DNA of 64,000 nt from an uncultured Planctomycetaceae bacterium (GTDB lineage Bacteria; Planctomycetota; Planctomycetia; Planctomycetales; Planctomycetaceae). A program made the translations under genes and the position numbers. Positions 32,317 to 42,028 of this stretch are shown here, piece after piece (the stretch's first letter is position 1; the number at the start of each line of letters is the position of its first letter). The stretch lies in contig CAWFAK010000003.1 of NCBI GenBank assembly GCA_963813715.1, positions 1-64,000 on the forward strand, in the 5' to 3' direction. Under the pieces are notes generated by a model. The model saw only the letters and a program-made list of their open reading frames with translations. It searched no databases and was not told where the DNA came from.

Positions 32317-32454
32317 GATGACACGCGCGAAGCGGCCGATCTAAAGAGGGCGTTTCCGGCGCGGGTCGTCGCGAGCCGATCTTACGAAGATTTCCCGCCG
32401 ACGCGGCACTCTGGCCGGCCCGTCGCTTCCGTTCTGCGAAAACGACTCGGTTCC

Positions 32455-33606
32455 ATGCAAACATCCTCGCGCCCGTCGGCTCGGCTGCCGCCTCTTCCGA
32501 TCGCAGCCTCTTTCGTCCGGACATCGATCGCATCGAGGGCTACACCCCGGGCGAACAGCCGCAGGAGGCGGGCTGGATCAAGCTCAACACGAACGAGAAT
32601 CCCTATCCGCCGTCACCTGCCGTGCGCGCGGCCGTGGTCGCTGCGGCCGAAGGGCGTCTCAATATTTATCCGGACCCGTTGGCCACGGCGTTTCGCAAGA
32701 AGGCCGCCACTCTGTTCGATGTGGACCCGGAGTGGGTGCTGCCGGGAAACGGCAGCGACGAATGTCTCACCCTGATTACCCGCGCATTTGTCGACGCCGG
32801 TGAGCTCGTCACGTTTCCCTATCCGAGCTATGTCCTCTACGAAACGCTGGCCGACTTGCAGGGGGGGCGGCACGATCGGTTGGTGCTCAATTCTGATTGG
32901 TCGTGGAACTCGGCGCGGACGCGGCCGCTGATCGAACGGAGCAAGCTGACGTTCGTGCCGAATCCGAATTCACCTTCGGGCAACGCGTGGACGCGCGACG
33001 AGATTCGCCCGCTGATTCCGCCGGCGGGCATGCTCGTGCTCGACGGTGCGTACGCGGATTTCGCCGATCGGCCCGACCGCTGCGACATGTTGCAGGAGGC
33101 GGGCGGATTCGGCCAGCGCGTGATCTTGCTGCGGCACGTTCAGCAAGTCCTATAGCATGGCCGGCGTGCGGTTTGGCTTCGCCCTCGCGCATCCCGACGT
33201 CATTCGCGGTCTGCGGAAGGTGAAGGATAGCTACAACTGCAACACGCTCTCGCTGGCCGCGGCGGTGGCGGCAATTGACGACCAGGCATGGATGCGGGCT
33301 AACGTGGAACGAATTCGCGCGACGCGTGCTCGACTCACCCAGTCGTTGCGGGCCTCGGGATTGCACGTGGTCGACAGCCAGGCCAATTTTGTCTGGGCCA
33401 CGCGACCGACCGGCGGGGCGGGGCCGTCGCACCGGGAGATTTATCAGCAGCTCAAGGATCGCAAAATCCTGATCCGTTATATGCGTTTTCCGGATGCCGC
33501 GGCCGGGGCCGGCACGTCGTCTGAAGTCGACGGATTGCGGATCACGGTTGGGACGGAGCCGGAAATCGACGGCTTGCTTTCGGCCCTAAAGGACGTGCTC
33601 GCATGA
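32455..33606 (+). CDS. hisC: histidinol-phosphate aminotransferase (frameshifts near 32480 and 33135)
   Basis: [42 protein letters not shown] and LRITVG; start inferred. Confidence 0.9.
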
Positions 33607-34196
33607 CGCGCCGCGCCACGATCAAACGCGAAACGGCCGAGACCGACATCGAGCTGGAGCTGGACCTCGACGGTACGGGCAAGACCGAGATCGAAACGGG
33701 CGTCGGCTTCTTCGATCACATGCTGACGCTGTTGGGCCGACATTCGCTGATCGATCTGTCGATCAAAGCCCGTGGCGACTTGCACGTCGATCAGCATCAC
33801 ACGGTCGAGGACACAGGCATTTGCCTCGGCAAAGCGCTGGCGGAGGCGCTGGGCGACAAGCGGGGCATTGCGCGGTATGGCAGCGTGACTCTGCCGATGG
33901 AGGAAACGCTCGTGACGGCGGCCCTCGATCTCAGCGGCCGTGCCTGGTTCGTGAATCACGTCGTCATTCCGACGAGCACGATCGGCGAGTTCGATTCGGA
34001 GCTGGTCGACGTCTTTTGGCAGGCCGTTTCCGCCAATGCGCTCATGAATTTACACTTCGTGTTGCATCACGGCGCTAACAGTCACCACATCGCCGAGGCT
34101 GTGTTCAAGGGCGCGGCCCGCGCGCTGCGGCAAGCGGTCGCCATCGATCCGCGGCAAAAAGATGTGCCGTCGTCGAAAGGCACGCTGACCAATTGA
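33603..34196 (+). CDS. hisB: imidazoleglycerol-phosphate dehydratase
   Basis: [29 protein letters not shown] and PSSKG. Confidence 0.97.
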   Translation: MTRRATIKRETAETDIELELDLDGTGKTEIETGVGFFDHMLTLLGRHSLIDLSIKARGDLHVDQHHTVEDTGICLGKALAEALGDKRGIARYGSVTLPMEETLVTAALDLSGRAWFVNHVVIPTSTIGEFDSELVDVFWQAVSANALMNLHFVLHHGANSHHIAEAVFKGAARALRQAVAIDPRQKDVPSSKGTLTN

Positions 34197-34253
34197 GATG
34201 CGCTCCGCACTCTGCGCAAGTCGCATCCTCGAAATTTTTTGACGACCAATCGG

Positions 34254-34281
34254 TTGACAAGAATTTCTTTGCGTGTAGTTT
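34254..34281 (+). promoter_or_regulatory. sigma70-like promoter
   Basis: TTGACA (34254-34259), 16-bp spacer, TAGTTT (34276-34281) in an AT-rich patch. Confidence 0.5.
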
Positions 34282-35163
34282 AGGCTTCTTCATTCGACGG
34301 CGAGTGTCGGCACGCGACGGACGAAACGAGAAGCGGCTCGCGAAACGAGAAGAGCACCCAAACTCTCGCGCGAGACGGTGGTCATCACCGGATCATCGCC
34401 TGGGCGAGCAACATCTCTGAAAACGTCACTCAGTTCTTTGAGCGCGGCGGACACGTTGAACGATCTTGCGGGCCGGCCGAAATTTGACTTGTGGATCCAG
34501 AGCGGCATTTCGCGTTTTGATTGGTTGAAAGCTCGACGCGTCGCCAGTGGTGCGCAGTTCCGTTTGCACGCTGGCCGGTCAATTTGCAATCCAACGCAAT
34601 TTTCCATCGAACCGTCGCGACTTTGGATTTCGATTTCTCGGCAGACCGTTTCTTAAGAGCTTCTCAAAGAGAGTAGCGGGGGCATCCGGGCAATCCCGGC
34701 TTTTGCCAATACGGACGGCACCAGCGGTTGTTTTGACAGTCCATCTGCGACCAGTCATCGCGATGGGCTGCCTAAGGACCGGTGGCTCAGTATCGGATTC
34801 AGAGGAGCGCGGGCCTCGCGTACAGAGAAATCGCAAGCCCGGTTGTTCCCCGCTCTCTTTTCTTGATTCGCGTCGGCTGAGACGCCGGGCAATGCCCGAC
34901 ACACTCAGTACGCGACCCGCGGTGCCTGACTCGGTTGTGTCCGCGCCTCCCGCAATGCCGCTGACAGCCCGTTCCCGCCAGACTGTCCGAACTTGCGAAT
35001 CTCGCCTGAACCGCGCGTTTTGGCAGCCCCGCTTGTTGTGCTGCTTGGCGATGCTCCCAGCTCCGCCTGGAAATATGCTCTCACCCCAATGGTCTCAGCA
35101 GTCGACGCAAAGCGCCTGCCTTAACAGCCGTCTGGGCGAGTCGCGGCGACTTTTCTAAAAAAC

Positions 35164-35192
35164 TAAAGTTTGCCGGAGTCGTCGGCCGATGG
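35164..35192 (+). promoter_or_regulatory. candidate sigma28 (FliA) promoter upstream of flgF
   Basis: TAAAGTTT...GCCGATGG; spacer is 2 nt longer than the enteric consensus. Confidence 0.5.
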
Positions 35193-35234
35193 CCTTCCAT
35201 TACAGGGGGGCGTCTTGGCTTAAACGAGTCATAG

Positions 35235-36005
35235 ATGCTCTACGGACTTTACCTGTCCGCCCAGGGAGCCCAGGCCCAATCCACCCGCCTCGACGTCCTG
35301 TCGAACAATCTCGCCAATTCCCAAACCTCTGGCTTTAAGCGGGACCTGGCCGTCTTCCAGAGTCACCGCCCGTATGACGTCGAAAATGGCGGCGTCTCCG
35401 ACGCTCCCGGCAATCAGGGGGCGTTTTCGGGCGGTGTCGGCACGGCCAAGATCATCACCGACTACAGCAGCGGCCCGCTCGTTCACACCAACGGCGAGCT
35501 CGACGTCGCATTGAACGGCCCGGGCTACTTCCAGGTCAGCGACGGCAACCAGCAGTACCTCACCCGCAAGGGGGCGTTCACCCTCAACTCCACGGGTGAC
35601 CTGATGCTGCAGGGCACAAACATGCACGTCCTGTCGAGTTCCGGCGGCGTGATCAATGTGCCGAGCGACGCGACCCAGATCGAAATTTTGGCGGACGGCT
35701 CCATATCAGCCGCCAACGCCAGCGGTGCTCAAGTCCAGGTCGCCCGCTTGGGACTGTTCAAGCCCGGCTCTGATCAGCAGTTGCAAAAAGTCGGCAGCAG
35801 CCTGTTCCGCGCGAACGACGCCGTTTCACCGGCCGGTAACGACTCGACGGTCCAACAGGGATTTATCGAACAGTCGAGCGTCAACCCGGTCAACGAAATG
35901 ATCGAGATGGTGCAGGCCTCACGAATGGTGGAAGCCAACGTCAACATGATCAAGTACCAGGACGACGCGCTCGACCGTCTCCTCCAGTCTGCCGCTCCGC
36001 ACTAA
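35235..36005 (+). CDS. flgF: flagellar basal-body rod protein FlgF
   Basis: SNNLANSQTSGFK, LDVALNGPGYF and EQSSVNPVNEM; precedes flgG. Confidence 0.88.
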   Translation: MLYGLYLSAQGAQAQSTRLDVLSNNLANSQTSGFKRDLAVFQSHRPYDVENGGVSDAPGNQGAFSGGVGTAKIITDYSSGPLVHTNGELDVALNGPGYFQVSDGNQQYLTRKGAFTLNSTGDLMLQGTNMHVLSSSGGVINVPSDATQIEILADGSISAANASGAQVQVARLGLFKPGSDQQLQKVGSSLFRANDAVSPAGNDSTVQQGFIEQSSVNPVNEMIEMVQASRMVEANVNMIKYQDDALDRLLQSAAPH

Positions 36006-36050
36006 ACCCCACCCGATTTCGACACCCTCGATGCTCGCAGAAGGATCACG

Positions 36051-36857
36051 ATGACCATTCAAGCGCTCTACACCGCCGCGACGGGGATGTCTGCCACGCA
36101 GACCAATCTCGACGTCATCGCCAACAACCTGGCCAATGCCAGCACGACGGGATTCAAAGAGTCGCGACTGAACTTCGCCGACTTGTGCTATCAGAACTAC
36201 CAGCTGCCCGGCTCGCTCGACAGCAACGGTCAGCCGATTCCGATCGGCATGCAGGTCGGCACGGGCGTGCGTACCAACGGCACCGAAATCGATCAGACCC
36301 AGGGGAGCTTTATCCAGACCAACGGCAGCCTGGATATGGCCATTTCCGGGCTGGGCTTCTTTCAGATTCAGGATCCGCAATCCGGCCAATTGCTTTATAC
36401 GCGGGCCGGCAACTTCACGATCAACGCCAACGGCCAGGTGGTGCTGGGCTCGCCCGACATCGGCCGCTTCCTGCAGCCGACGCTGACCATTCCGCCCGGC
36501 GCGACGAACATCACGATCTCGAGCGACGGCGTGGTCTCGATCGTCGAACCGCCGGCGACGACCTCGACGAATATCGGGAATATTCAGCTCGCCAACTTCA
36601 TCAATCCGCAAGGTCTGATTGAGATCGGTCAGACGCTGTTTCAGGCCAGCGACGCGTCGGGCTCTCCACAGATCGGCGCCCCGGGCGTCGAGGGCCGCGG
36701 GCTGTTGCAGCAGGGCTACCTGGAATCGTCCAACACCGATCCGGTCAACTCCCTGGTCGATTTGATCAAGACGCAACGTGCCTTCGAGCTCAACAGCAAC
36801 GTGGTGCAGGCCGGCGACCAGATCTTGCAGCTGCTGACGAGCTTGCGACGGTTCTAA
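36051..36857 (+). CDS. flgG: flagellar basal-body distal rod protein FlgG
   Basis: ALYTAATGM, ANNLANASTTGFK, QVGTGV, YTRAGNF, QGYLESSN and QRAFELNS. Confidence 0.95.
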   Translation: MTIQALYTAATGMSATQTNLDVIANNLANASTTGFKESRLNFADLCYQNYQLPGSLDSNGQPIPIGMQVGTGVRTNGTEIDQTQGSFIQTNGSLDMAISGLGFFQIQDPQSGQLLYTRAGNFTINANGQVVLGSPDIGRFLQPTLTIPPGATNITISSDGVVSIVEPPATTSTNIGNIQLANFINPQGLIEIGQTLFQASDASGSPQIGAPGVEGRGLLQQGYLESSNTDPVNSLVDLIKTQRAFELNSNVVQAGDQILQLLTSLRRF

Positions 36858-37016
36858 ACATGAGCACAATCTCGAGCGATTCGCGAAACCAGGCCGCCGG
36901 CCCCAGCGGGCGATTGTGGCGGCGCTGGCTGCAGTGGGCGGCGCAGCTTTGGGATTACCTAAAACGATCGTCGATGGACGTCCGTTATTTTCCCTCGTGA
37001 GCAGATCGATCCTCCG

Positions 37017-38309
37017 ATGATGCGCGTCAGAACGTTCTTCAGCAGGGCCCTCGCCCAGGGCTTAATTCTTGCTTGCGCGGCTCTGCCCGCGGCTGCCACG
37101 GAGATCTGCTTTCGACCGAACGCCACCGTGTCCGGCCCCGCCGTCACGCTTAAAGACGTGGCCAGCGTGACCGGAGGCGACGCGGCCACCATCGCGCGCC
37201 TCGAAGGGATCGTGCTGGCTCCGGCTCCCGCTCCGGGACGCGCGTCGCGGCTTGATTTCGAGTCCATCCACTCGCGTCTCGAGGCCACAGGGCTGGCGAC
37301 AGTCGACACGAATTTTTCGGGCTCAACGGTGGTCGTCGTCTCATCGACGCAGCCGGCCGTGCCCGTCCTCAAGAAGCCCACACATAAGTCGCACAAGAAC
37401 GTCTCGGCCGCCCAGGTCCGTCGCGCCGAGAAAGTTCTGACTCAGTCAGTCCGCCAGTCCCTGCGAAGCAAGAGCCGCGAGGCATCCAAATGGTTTCTCG
37501 ACGTCGTCGTCGATCCGACCGACGCTCCCATTGTCCTGGCCGGCGCCACCGAGGGGTTCGAGTTCGGCGCGATCGACCCGACGAACGTGAATCCTCAAAA
37601 CGTCGACGTGCGCGGCTTCGATTCGCAGGGGCGTTCGGTCCGTTTTCAAATTCAGTGCGTCGTCTCGGAAAAGCCGCAGGTCCCCGTGTTGAGCCATTCC
37701 ATGTCGAGCGGCGAAGTGATTCGCGAGGACGACTTGGGTTGGAAGCAGGTCGACAACACCGAAGGGCTCTTGACCAAGGTCGAAGAAATCGTCGGCAAGG
37801 AGGCCAAGAAGGGCCTGCACGCCGACGATCCGCTGCGTGCCGACGATGTCCGCTCCATTCCGCTCGTCCGGTCCAACGATATTGTGACCGGGATCTGGCA
37901 GAAGGGGGGCATTCGCATCATGGAGCAGTTCAAGGCCAAGTCCGACGGCGGCAAAGGGGATGTGATCACGCTGATTCAGCTCACCGGCCGCGAGCAGGTG
38001 CTTGGCAAAGTGACGGACGTGCACGAGGCGATGATTGTCAGTGCCGATGCGGTCCGCACCTCGAAAACCGAAGTGGCCGACGATGACGACGCCCCGGCGG
38101 TCCAAGTGCCCGCTCCGGTCCAGGCGGTGGCCCACCGGACTTCGGCTCGAAAGAAGCGAAAGAAGCCGGCGCCGTCGTCCGTCATTAATGCCGACGGAGT
38201 CTTTCCGGCCACCAGTGAGACCGGAGGAGCAAGCGCCCCGGCGACGAGCGCCGCGGAGAACGACGCCAGAACCGTCCGGGGTGAGCCGAACGAATTCTCG
38301 TCACGTTAA
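37017..38309 (+). CDS. flgA: flagellar P-ring formation chaperone FlgA (extended)
   Basis: signal peptide; SAF-like region 'GEVIREDDL...VGKEA...PLVRSNDIV...DGGKGDVI'; position in cluster. Confidence 0.8.
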   Translation: MMRVRTFFSRALAQGLILACAALPAAATEICFRPNATVSGPAVTLKDVASVTGGDAATIARLEGIVLAPAPAPGRASRLDFESIHSRLEATGLATVDTNFSGSTVVVVSSTQPAVPVLKKPTHKSHKNVSAAQVRRAEKVLTQSVRQSLRSKSREASKWFLDVVVDPTDAPIVLAGATEGFEFGAIDPTNVNPQNVDVRGFDSQGRSVRFQIQCVVSEKPQVPVLSHSMSSGEVIREDDLGWKQVDNTEGLLTKVEEIVGKEAKKGLHADDPLRADDVRSIPLVRSNDIVTGIWQKGGIRIMEQFKAKSDGGKGDVITLIQLTGREQVLGKVTDVHEAMIVSADAVRTSKTEVADDDDAPAVQVPAPVQAVAHRTSARKKRKKPAPSSVINADGVFPATSETGGASAPATSAAENDARTVRGEPNEFSSR

Positions 38310-38356
38310 GCGAGCAAGTTTTTTGAGCAAGTAATTTCGATTTGAGGGGGGATGAG

Positions 38357-39088
38357 ATGAGGTTTTGGATTTTGTCACCCGTCCTTTTGATGCTGCTTTG
38401 GCAGAGCGCGCCGGCTTCGGACAGGAGCCAGTCGAATTCGCCTTTTCCGCCGCCGGCGGGCGCAATGGGCGGGCCTCCGGGTGCACTGCCGCCCGTGCCA
38501 GAAGGAGGCGGTGATTTCTACTCGCCGCATCCGCCGATGTTGGTGCGCGACTTTGCCTGGTCGTTCGTCGACACGCCCAAGCCGACGGAGGTGAAAGTCC
38601 ACGACATCATCACCGTGACGGTCAAGGAAGCGGCCCAAACGCAGGCGACCTCGACCTACAACCGGCAACGCAACGGACAATACACGGCCCAGCTCGCGCA
38701 ATTCATCCGGATCAATGCCCAGGGCAACTTGGACACCGCGGCCACACAGTCGCCCGAAATCGACGGCGAGTTGCAAAGCCGATTGCAGTCGACCGGCCAG
38801 GTGACCGAAAACGAATCGATGAAATACCGGATCGCGGCCACGGTCGTGGACATTCTGCCCAACGGCGTGCTGGTTCTCGAAGCCCACAAGTCGATCGTCG
38901 ACAACAAAGATCTGTGGGAATACACGTTGACGGGCAAGGTCGATCCGAAGAAAGTGTCGCCCGACGGGTCGGTGCTGAGCGAAAACATCGCCGACTTGAG
39001 CATCGCCAAGCATCAGCAAGGCAAGCTCCACGACTCGACCCAACGGGCCTGGTTCATCCGCCTGTATGACTGGATCGGACCGTTCTAA
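38357..39088 (+). CDS. flgH: flagellar L-ring protein FlgH
   Basis: DIITVTVKE, IAATVVDILPNGVLV, SENIADL and C-terminal W..PF. Confidence 0.9.
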   Translation: MRFWILSPVLLMLLWQSAPASDRSQSNSPFPPPAGAMGGPPGALPPVPEGGGDFYSPHPPMLVRDFAWSFVDTPKPTEVKVHDIITVTVKEAAQTQATSTYNRQRNGQYTAQLAQFIRINAQGNLDTAATQSPEIDGELQSRLQSTGQVTENESMKYRIAATVVDILPNGVLVLEAHKSIVDNKDLWEYTLTGKVDPKKVSPDGSVLSENIADLSIAKHQQGKLHDSTQRAWFIRLYDWIGPF

Positions 39089-39528
39089 TGCCGGGTAGTC
39101 GCCCGAAGATTTACGCCTTCACACTGCTTGCGGCCGCCACCTGGGCGGTGGCCAGCGTTGCCGGGGCCGCGGAACCGAAAGCGGCCGAGGTCGAGATCCC
39201 CAACGGCGTGACGGTCGTGTTGCACCTCGTCAACCAGCCGCGTGACATAATCGTGCCGGCTGACGTCATCGGCGTGCAGCCGGGTGGTGTGCTCGTGCTT
39301 AAGGCCCACGATTGGGCCGTCGATGAGGCCGGCCTCTATGAATACACATTCACGGGCACAGTGCCCGTGAAAAATCTCACGCCAGATGCCTTCGTCTCTT
39401 CTGAGAAAATTGCTGATCTTTCCTTCGGCAAGCACTACCCCGCCGAGCCGCGCCATCCACGCCAACCTCCTGGTTGTTTGACTTCTGTTCGTGGATTCGC
39501 TCGCACTGACTTGGGATCCCTCCCATGA
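39088..39528 (+). CDS. short FlgH paralog with internal deletion (mini-FlgH)
   Basis: 32 of 61 residues identical, ungapped, to the C-terminal core of adjacent FlgH; own signal peptide; TAATG and ATGA overlaps with neighbours. Confidence 0.8.
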   Translation: MPGSRPKIYAFTLLAAATWAVASVAGAAEPKAAEVEIPNGVTVVLHLVNQPRDIIVPADVIGVQPGGVLVLKAHDWAVDEAGLYEYTFTGTVPVKNLTPDAFVSSEKIADLSFGKHYPAEPRHPRQPPGCLTSVRGFARTDLGSLP

Positions 39529-40616
39529 CGCAACATTCCCGTTTGACACAACACGCACGCCAACTTGTCGCGATCCTCACTGGGATCGTTTGCGTGACGC
39601 TTTGGGCGCCGAGACCGGCCCCCGCACGAACGCAGCTGCGAAATATCTGCACGATCTACGGACAGAAGGAAACTCCGGTGATCGGGTTGGGGCTGGTCGT
39701 CGGTCTTAGCCACACGGGCGACGGCGGCAAGAACGCCGCGGCCATGCGGGCGCTCGCCTCGACCCTGCGGTATCTCAACAATCCGATCGAGAGCGGCAAA
39801 GAGCTGACCGACGCGGCCAACGTGGCGATGGTGGCGATCTCCGCGACAATTCCCAAGGAAGGGGCCAGCAACGGCCAGCGAGTGGATTGCTACGTCACCT
39901 CGACCTTCGGGGCCAAGAGCCTGAAAGGTGGCCGCCTGCTGATTTCGCCTATTCGCATGCCCAACGTCAACGACCTCACGGTCGTGGGACTGGCATCGGG
40001 GCCCATCGTGATCGAAGACGCCGAAGTGTTGACGTCCGGCCGCGTCCCCAACGGGATCGTGCTCGAACGGGATTTCCGCACTCAGTTCATCGACATGAAG
40101 CACGGCAACAAGGTGACGCTGGTGATCGATGCCCCCCACGCGACGTTCGGCGTGGCCAGTCACATTGTGGAACGGATCAACACCGAACTTTATCCGGTGT
40201 TGCACCTCAAGCCGGCGAGCGCCCTGGGGCCCGATCGCATTGAAGTTGCCGTCCCCGACCTCTATCGCGACGACCCCGTCGGTTTCATTGCCTGGCTGCT
40301 TGATATCGACGTGATGACGCCGCAGACCGAGGCCCGGGTCTGGGTCAACACGAAGTCAAAGACGGTGCTCATTCACGGCGACGTGCAGATCAGCCCCGTG
40401 GTGATCTCGCACAAGAACCTCAAGGTGGAAGTTGCCGGCTCGCCTTCCGATCCGGCGCCCTTTGCTCCCTTGGGCTCCGGCCAGGAAAACCAGCAGCAGC
40501 TCGATGACCTCTTGAAGGGGCTGCAAGCGCTCAAAGTGTCGAACGAAGACGTGATCGCCATCGTTCGCGAGTTGTATCGTTCCGGAAACCTCCACGGCGT
40601 TTACGAGGAAAAGTAG
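39525..40616 (+). CDS. flgI: flagellar P-ring protein FlgI
   Basis: GLGLVVGLSHTGD, NVAMVAISA, AKSLKGGRL and ARVWVN. Confidence 0.93.
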   Translation: MTQHSRLTQHARQLVAILTGIVCVTLWAPRPAPARTQLRNICTIYGQKETPVIGLGLVVGLSHTGDGGKNAAAMRALASTLRYLNNPIESGKELTDAANVAMVAISATIPKEGASNGQRVDCYVTSTFGAKSLKGGRLLISPIRMPNVNDLTVVGLASGPIVIEDAEVLTSGRVPNGIVLERDFRTQFIDMKHGNKVTLVIDAPHATFGVASHIVERINTELYPVLHLKPASALGPDRIEVAVPDLYRDDPVGFIAWLLDIDVMTPQTEARVWVNTKSKTVLIHGDVQISPVVISHKNLKVEVAGSPSDPAPFAPLGSGQENQQQLDDLLKGLQALKVSNEDVIAIVRELYRSGNLHGVYEEK

Positions 40617-40703
40617 TTCCTCGCCCGTCTGCCTCGCGCGACCGCATCTCTGCCTTCTCTCTGCCCACCGCCCACCGCGCCCCCTTCCTCAAGGGAACAT
40701 CCC

Positions 40704-41042
40704 ATGCCCGCGATCGCCTCCCTGCGAACTTCGGCCGCTCAAAGCCAGGATTCGACCAATCGTACGGCCAACACTGCCAGTCACTTGTCCGGTAACACGC
40801 AGGGCGGCAAATCCGACTTGCAGACGAACTTTCAGGACTTCGTCGCGGGCACGTTTTACAAGGAAATGCTCAAGTCGCTGAACAAGATGCACGGGAAGCC
40901 CGCCTATTTCGACGGCGGACAAGCCGAGAAGATGTTCCAGGGACAGCTCGACCAACAAATGGCCGAGAACCTGGCCCGCAGCCACGGCGGTCAGTTCTCC
41001 GACGGGCTGTATCAGGCCTTCCTGCACCACCAGCACGCCTAG
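40704..41042 (+). CDS. flgJ: rod-binding protein (single-domain FlgJ-like)
   Basis: F...MLKS...FDGGQAEKMFQGQLDQQMAE; no muramidase domain. Confidence 0.85.
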   Translation: MPAIASLRTSAAQSQDSTNRTANTASHLSGNTQGGKSDLQTNFQDFVAGTFYKEMLKSLNKMHGKPAYFDGGQAEKMFQGQLDQQMAENLARSHGGQFSDGLYQAFLHHQHA

Positions 41043-41468
41043 CGCGTGCGGTTAGCCGGCTGACTTCGCTCCCGACTACACCTGCGGCTTCGCTCACTGC
41101 TTCACGCTGCGCTCTACTGCCGCGAATCGCGACGGCTGCGAATTTCAGTATCGCTCGCGCTGAGCGATCGTGTGCCGTGGTGACTTTGCGAAACCTTGCC
41201 ACCGCGGTCTGAGCATGCGGCGCGGAGTGGGGGTTGCACGGTAACCTCTGCGGCCCTTCCGAAAAAATAGACCGGAAGAGCGAGCATCGATTTTACCGAT
41301 TAAAAGGAGAGGGACCGTTCCCGCAAGGAATCCGGTCCGGCTCCGCTTCGTCTCGGACGAGCAGAGGCAGGCTGCCAGCCTGCACGTCGTCCCGGAACGC
41401 GGCGCTCGCCCCGAGGCGTGCGATTGGACGGGAGCGAGCGGTCGAGAGCAGGGGTAGGGGGGCAACAG

Positions 41469-41963
41469 ATGGCCGATTTGGCGCGCGATATTGAAGCGCT
41501 CCTCGACGCGATCGAGGAGACGCAGTCCGCTCTCGGCGTGACGTACCGCGACAAGCGCGCGGCGATCCGCGAGGCCAACGCTCCTGAGATCGAGCGGCTG
41601 ACCAAAGTCGAGGAGCGTCTGGTCGTCGATCTGCAGGTGCATCTGCGAGTTCGTGAACAGATTCTGCAGTATGCCCGCCAACGCGGACTGCCTTCCGATT
41701 CCTTGGGCAGCGTCGTTCGCACGTTTGACGAGCCGATCCAGGAACAGCTCCTGGCGCAGCTGGAGCGAACGCGAGAAATGGCCGACGCCAATCGCCGCGA
41801 AAGTTGGATTCTCTGGATCGTGTGCAAGCAGTCGTTGCGATTTTTATCGGAAATGATCGAGTTGATCGCTACGGGGGGCCGCCGCAACCCGATTTATCTG
41901 GCGCGTTCGGGCGGGGGCATGGAGCTGTCGACAGGGGGGGCCCTGTTGGATGCCAAGGCCTGA
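41469..41963 (+). CDS. flgN: flagellar export chaperone FlgN
   Basis: all-helical, C-terminal 'LLDAKA', immediately upstream of flgK. Confidence 0.75.
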   Translation: MADLARDIEALLDAIEETQSALGVTYRDKRAAIREANAPEIERLTKVEERLVVDLQVHLRVREQILQYARQRGLPSDSLGSVVRTFDEPIQEQLLAQLERTREMADANRRESWILWIVCKQSLRFLSEMIELIATGGRRNPIYLARSGGGMELSTGGALLDAKA

Positions 41964-42028
41964 GTTCCCGCGCGCGACCGACGTGCGCGCGGGAAGGCGG
42001 CGAGGGCAGAAAATAGGAACGCGAGCGT

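Noticed and set aside
34660..34800. Possible c-di-GMP riboswitch before the flagellar genes
   Set aside because: Could not assemble the GGCAAA/GNRA/GCAAA pattern and paired stems on either strand by eye
34547..35158. 203-aa ORF upstream of flgF
   Set aside because: Ser/Arg/Pro-rich, no recognisable motif and no clear RBS
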